From: Epiperipatus broadwayi | Taxonomy: Eukaryota; Animalia; Onychophora | Direction of reading: 5' to 3' | NCBI GenBank assembly: GCA_028023455.1 | Contig: JAQFVV010000004.1 | Span: forward strand, 13,764,001-13,828,000 | DNA: 64,000 nucleotides | In this document: positions 62,693 through 64,000 of the stretch, piece by piece | Layout: each line of letters opens with the position of its first letter | How positions within the stretch are numbered: position 1 is the stretch's first letter | Position numbers and translations under genes: made by a program | Notes under the pieces: model-generated | Database searches by the model: none | Told to the model about the DNA's origin: nothing | The model's input: the letters and a program-made list of their open reading frames with translations, nothing else

Positions 62693-64000
62693 ACGTACAG
62701 GTTTCACAATAGTTGATAATTGTCTAAATACTCTCATATATTTTATATACAATAAATATATAGATTTATAGAATAAGTCAAAACAATTAAAGTATAATAG
62801 TAATTAATTGAATAACAAAAAATAGTGTAGTAAGAATAAAAAATATTTATTTAATTATATACATTAAAATATTTATAATTACATATTATTATTCATTTAT
62901 CATAAAAATAATTTCTAATAGTTAGTATATAAAAATTAAGTGTTTTTTCTTTTAGAAACATTAATGATATATTTAAAAGTTTTTAGATTAAAAAAAAAAA
63001 CAATTATAGAAATGATAATCCAAAAAACATTTATTCTCTTTCAAGAAAGTTAAGACCCTTTCTTTTTAAAATTTCACTTAAATTTTTTGACAAAAACTAA
63101 TAAATCTAATAATTGCATTTTATTTTTTAAAGATTAAAATTGAACCGAGTAGTATTTCTTTATAAATATTTTCAAAAGCATGCACAATTTTTTTTTACTC
63201 ACCATTAATATCCAAATATTTTATTAACATAATTTAGTTGTTAAATAAAAACATAATAAAATTAAGGAGCTCAATATATACATACATTAATATAATTTAA
63301 TATTACCGGTAATTTTAATACATCATGGATTTTATCTTTTGCTTTTTTCCTGTACAGTTGTTCAGTTAATAATTTTTTCATTAAAGACATTTTGACAATA
63401 GTTAGTAGCATCTTAGGTTTCACATTTCTGTTCCACAGTTTTGACTATTTAAGTTCAGGTTTTTTTTTTTATATTACGACAGCCATGCTTCTAAATAGAA
63501 CACACATTTAAAATTGGGATTAATGCTTCTTTCAGGAGTATATGCTTCTTCCTCTCACACAAATTTGGTGAAGATATGTACATGAGTAAATCAGTACTTA
63601 ACTTAAACTGTTGAAAATTTCTACATCATTATATATATTAAAAGTCATGCTTAGTTTGCAGAATGATTTATTATTATTTATTTTCATACTTTAATAATTC
63701 TTTGAATAATTATTATATTATCTTTTGGAAATATCCTAGTAATTTCAGCTTCTATGATTCTAAATTGTAGATTAGCAAGGTTAAAATTTTATGTTCAGAA
63801 TTATACCAATTTTTCAGCAAAATGAGCAGCATTCAGACTGATTAAAATGTAATAAATATGCCTTGTTTAATGTATCCAAATGCATGACCATCTAAAGATC
63901 ATTACTTTGTCTCTTAAATATTTTAAAAGAATTCTTTAATCCCAAATATGAGAAGAAGGAACACTTAATATTATTTTTGTTACAAAAACAGCAACAAGAA

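Noticed and set aside
63540-63620. Minus-strand TDLLMYISSPNLCE resembling a Wnt C-terminal motif
   Set aside because: Tyr is out of register, the following G..GR.C pattern is absent and no other Wnt-like exons were seen.

Overview
Very AT-rich eukaryotic DNA (roughly three-quarters A+T by eye). I found no host protein-coding gene; the window is a layered transposable-element graveyard. The largest recognisable unit is a near-complete but frameshifted L1/Tx1-clade non-LTR retrotransposon (14282-19138 +: ORF1 with double Zn-knuckle, APE endonuclease, RT with YMDD, C-terminal CCHC, AATAAA plus poly-A). A divergent relative lies at 37546-40903 (-) and a third APE fragment at 1836-3290 (-). Also present: at least five Penelope-like element (PLE) relics (RT and/or GIY-YIG), two RTE-clade 3' ends, five copies of a short tRNA-Gly(TCC)-derived SINE (three with target-site duplications, TSDs), a TA-flanked MITE, two kb-scale duplications, a higher-order minisatellite and about a dozen long inverted repeats. 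The ORF track misses the most striking signal: about 20 type-I hammerhead ribozyme (HHR) motifs or relics from about eight families. Three families are non-coding 200-450 nt retrozyme-like units, two of them with tRNA-like Pol III A/B boxes, and one has clear TSDs. Several PLE-linked HHRs carry compensatory A3-U8 or U3-A8 catalytic cores, and most families have their own palindromic stem III. All calls were made by eye; no alignment, folding or database search was run.
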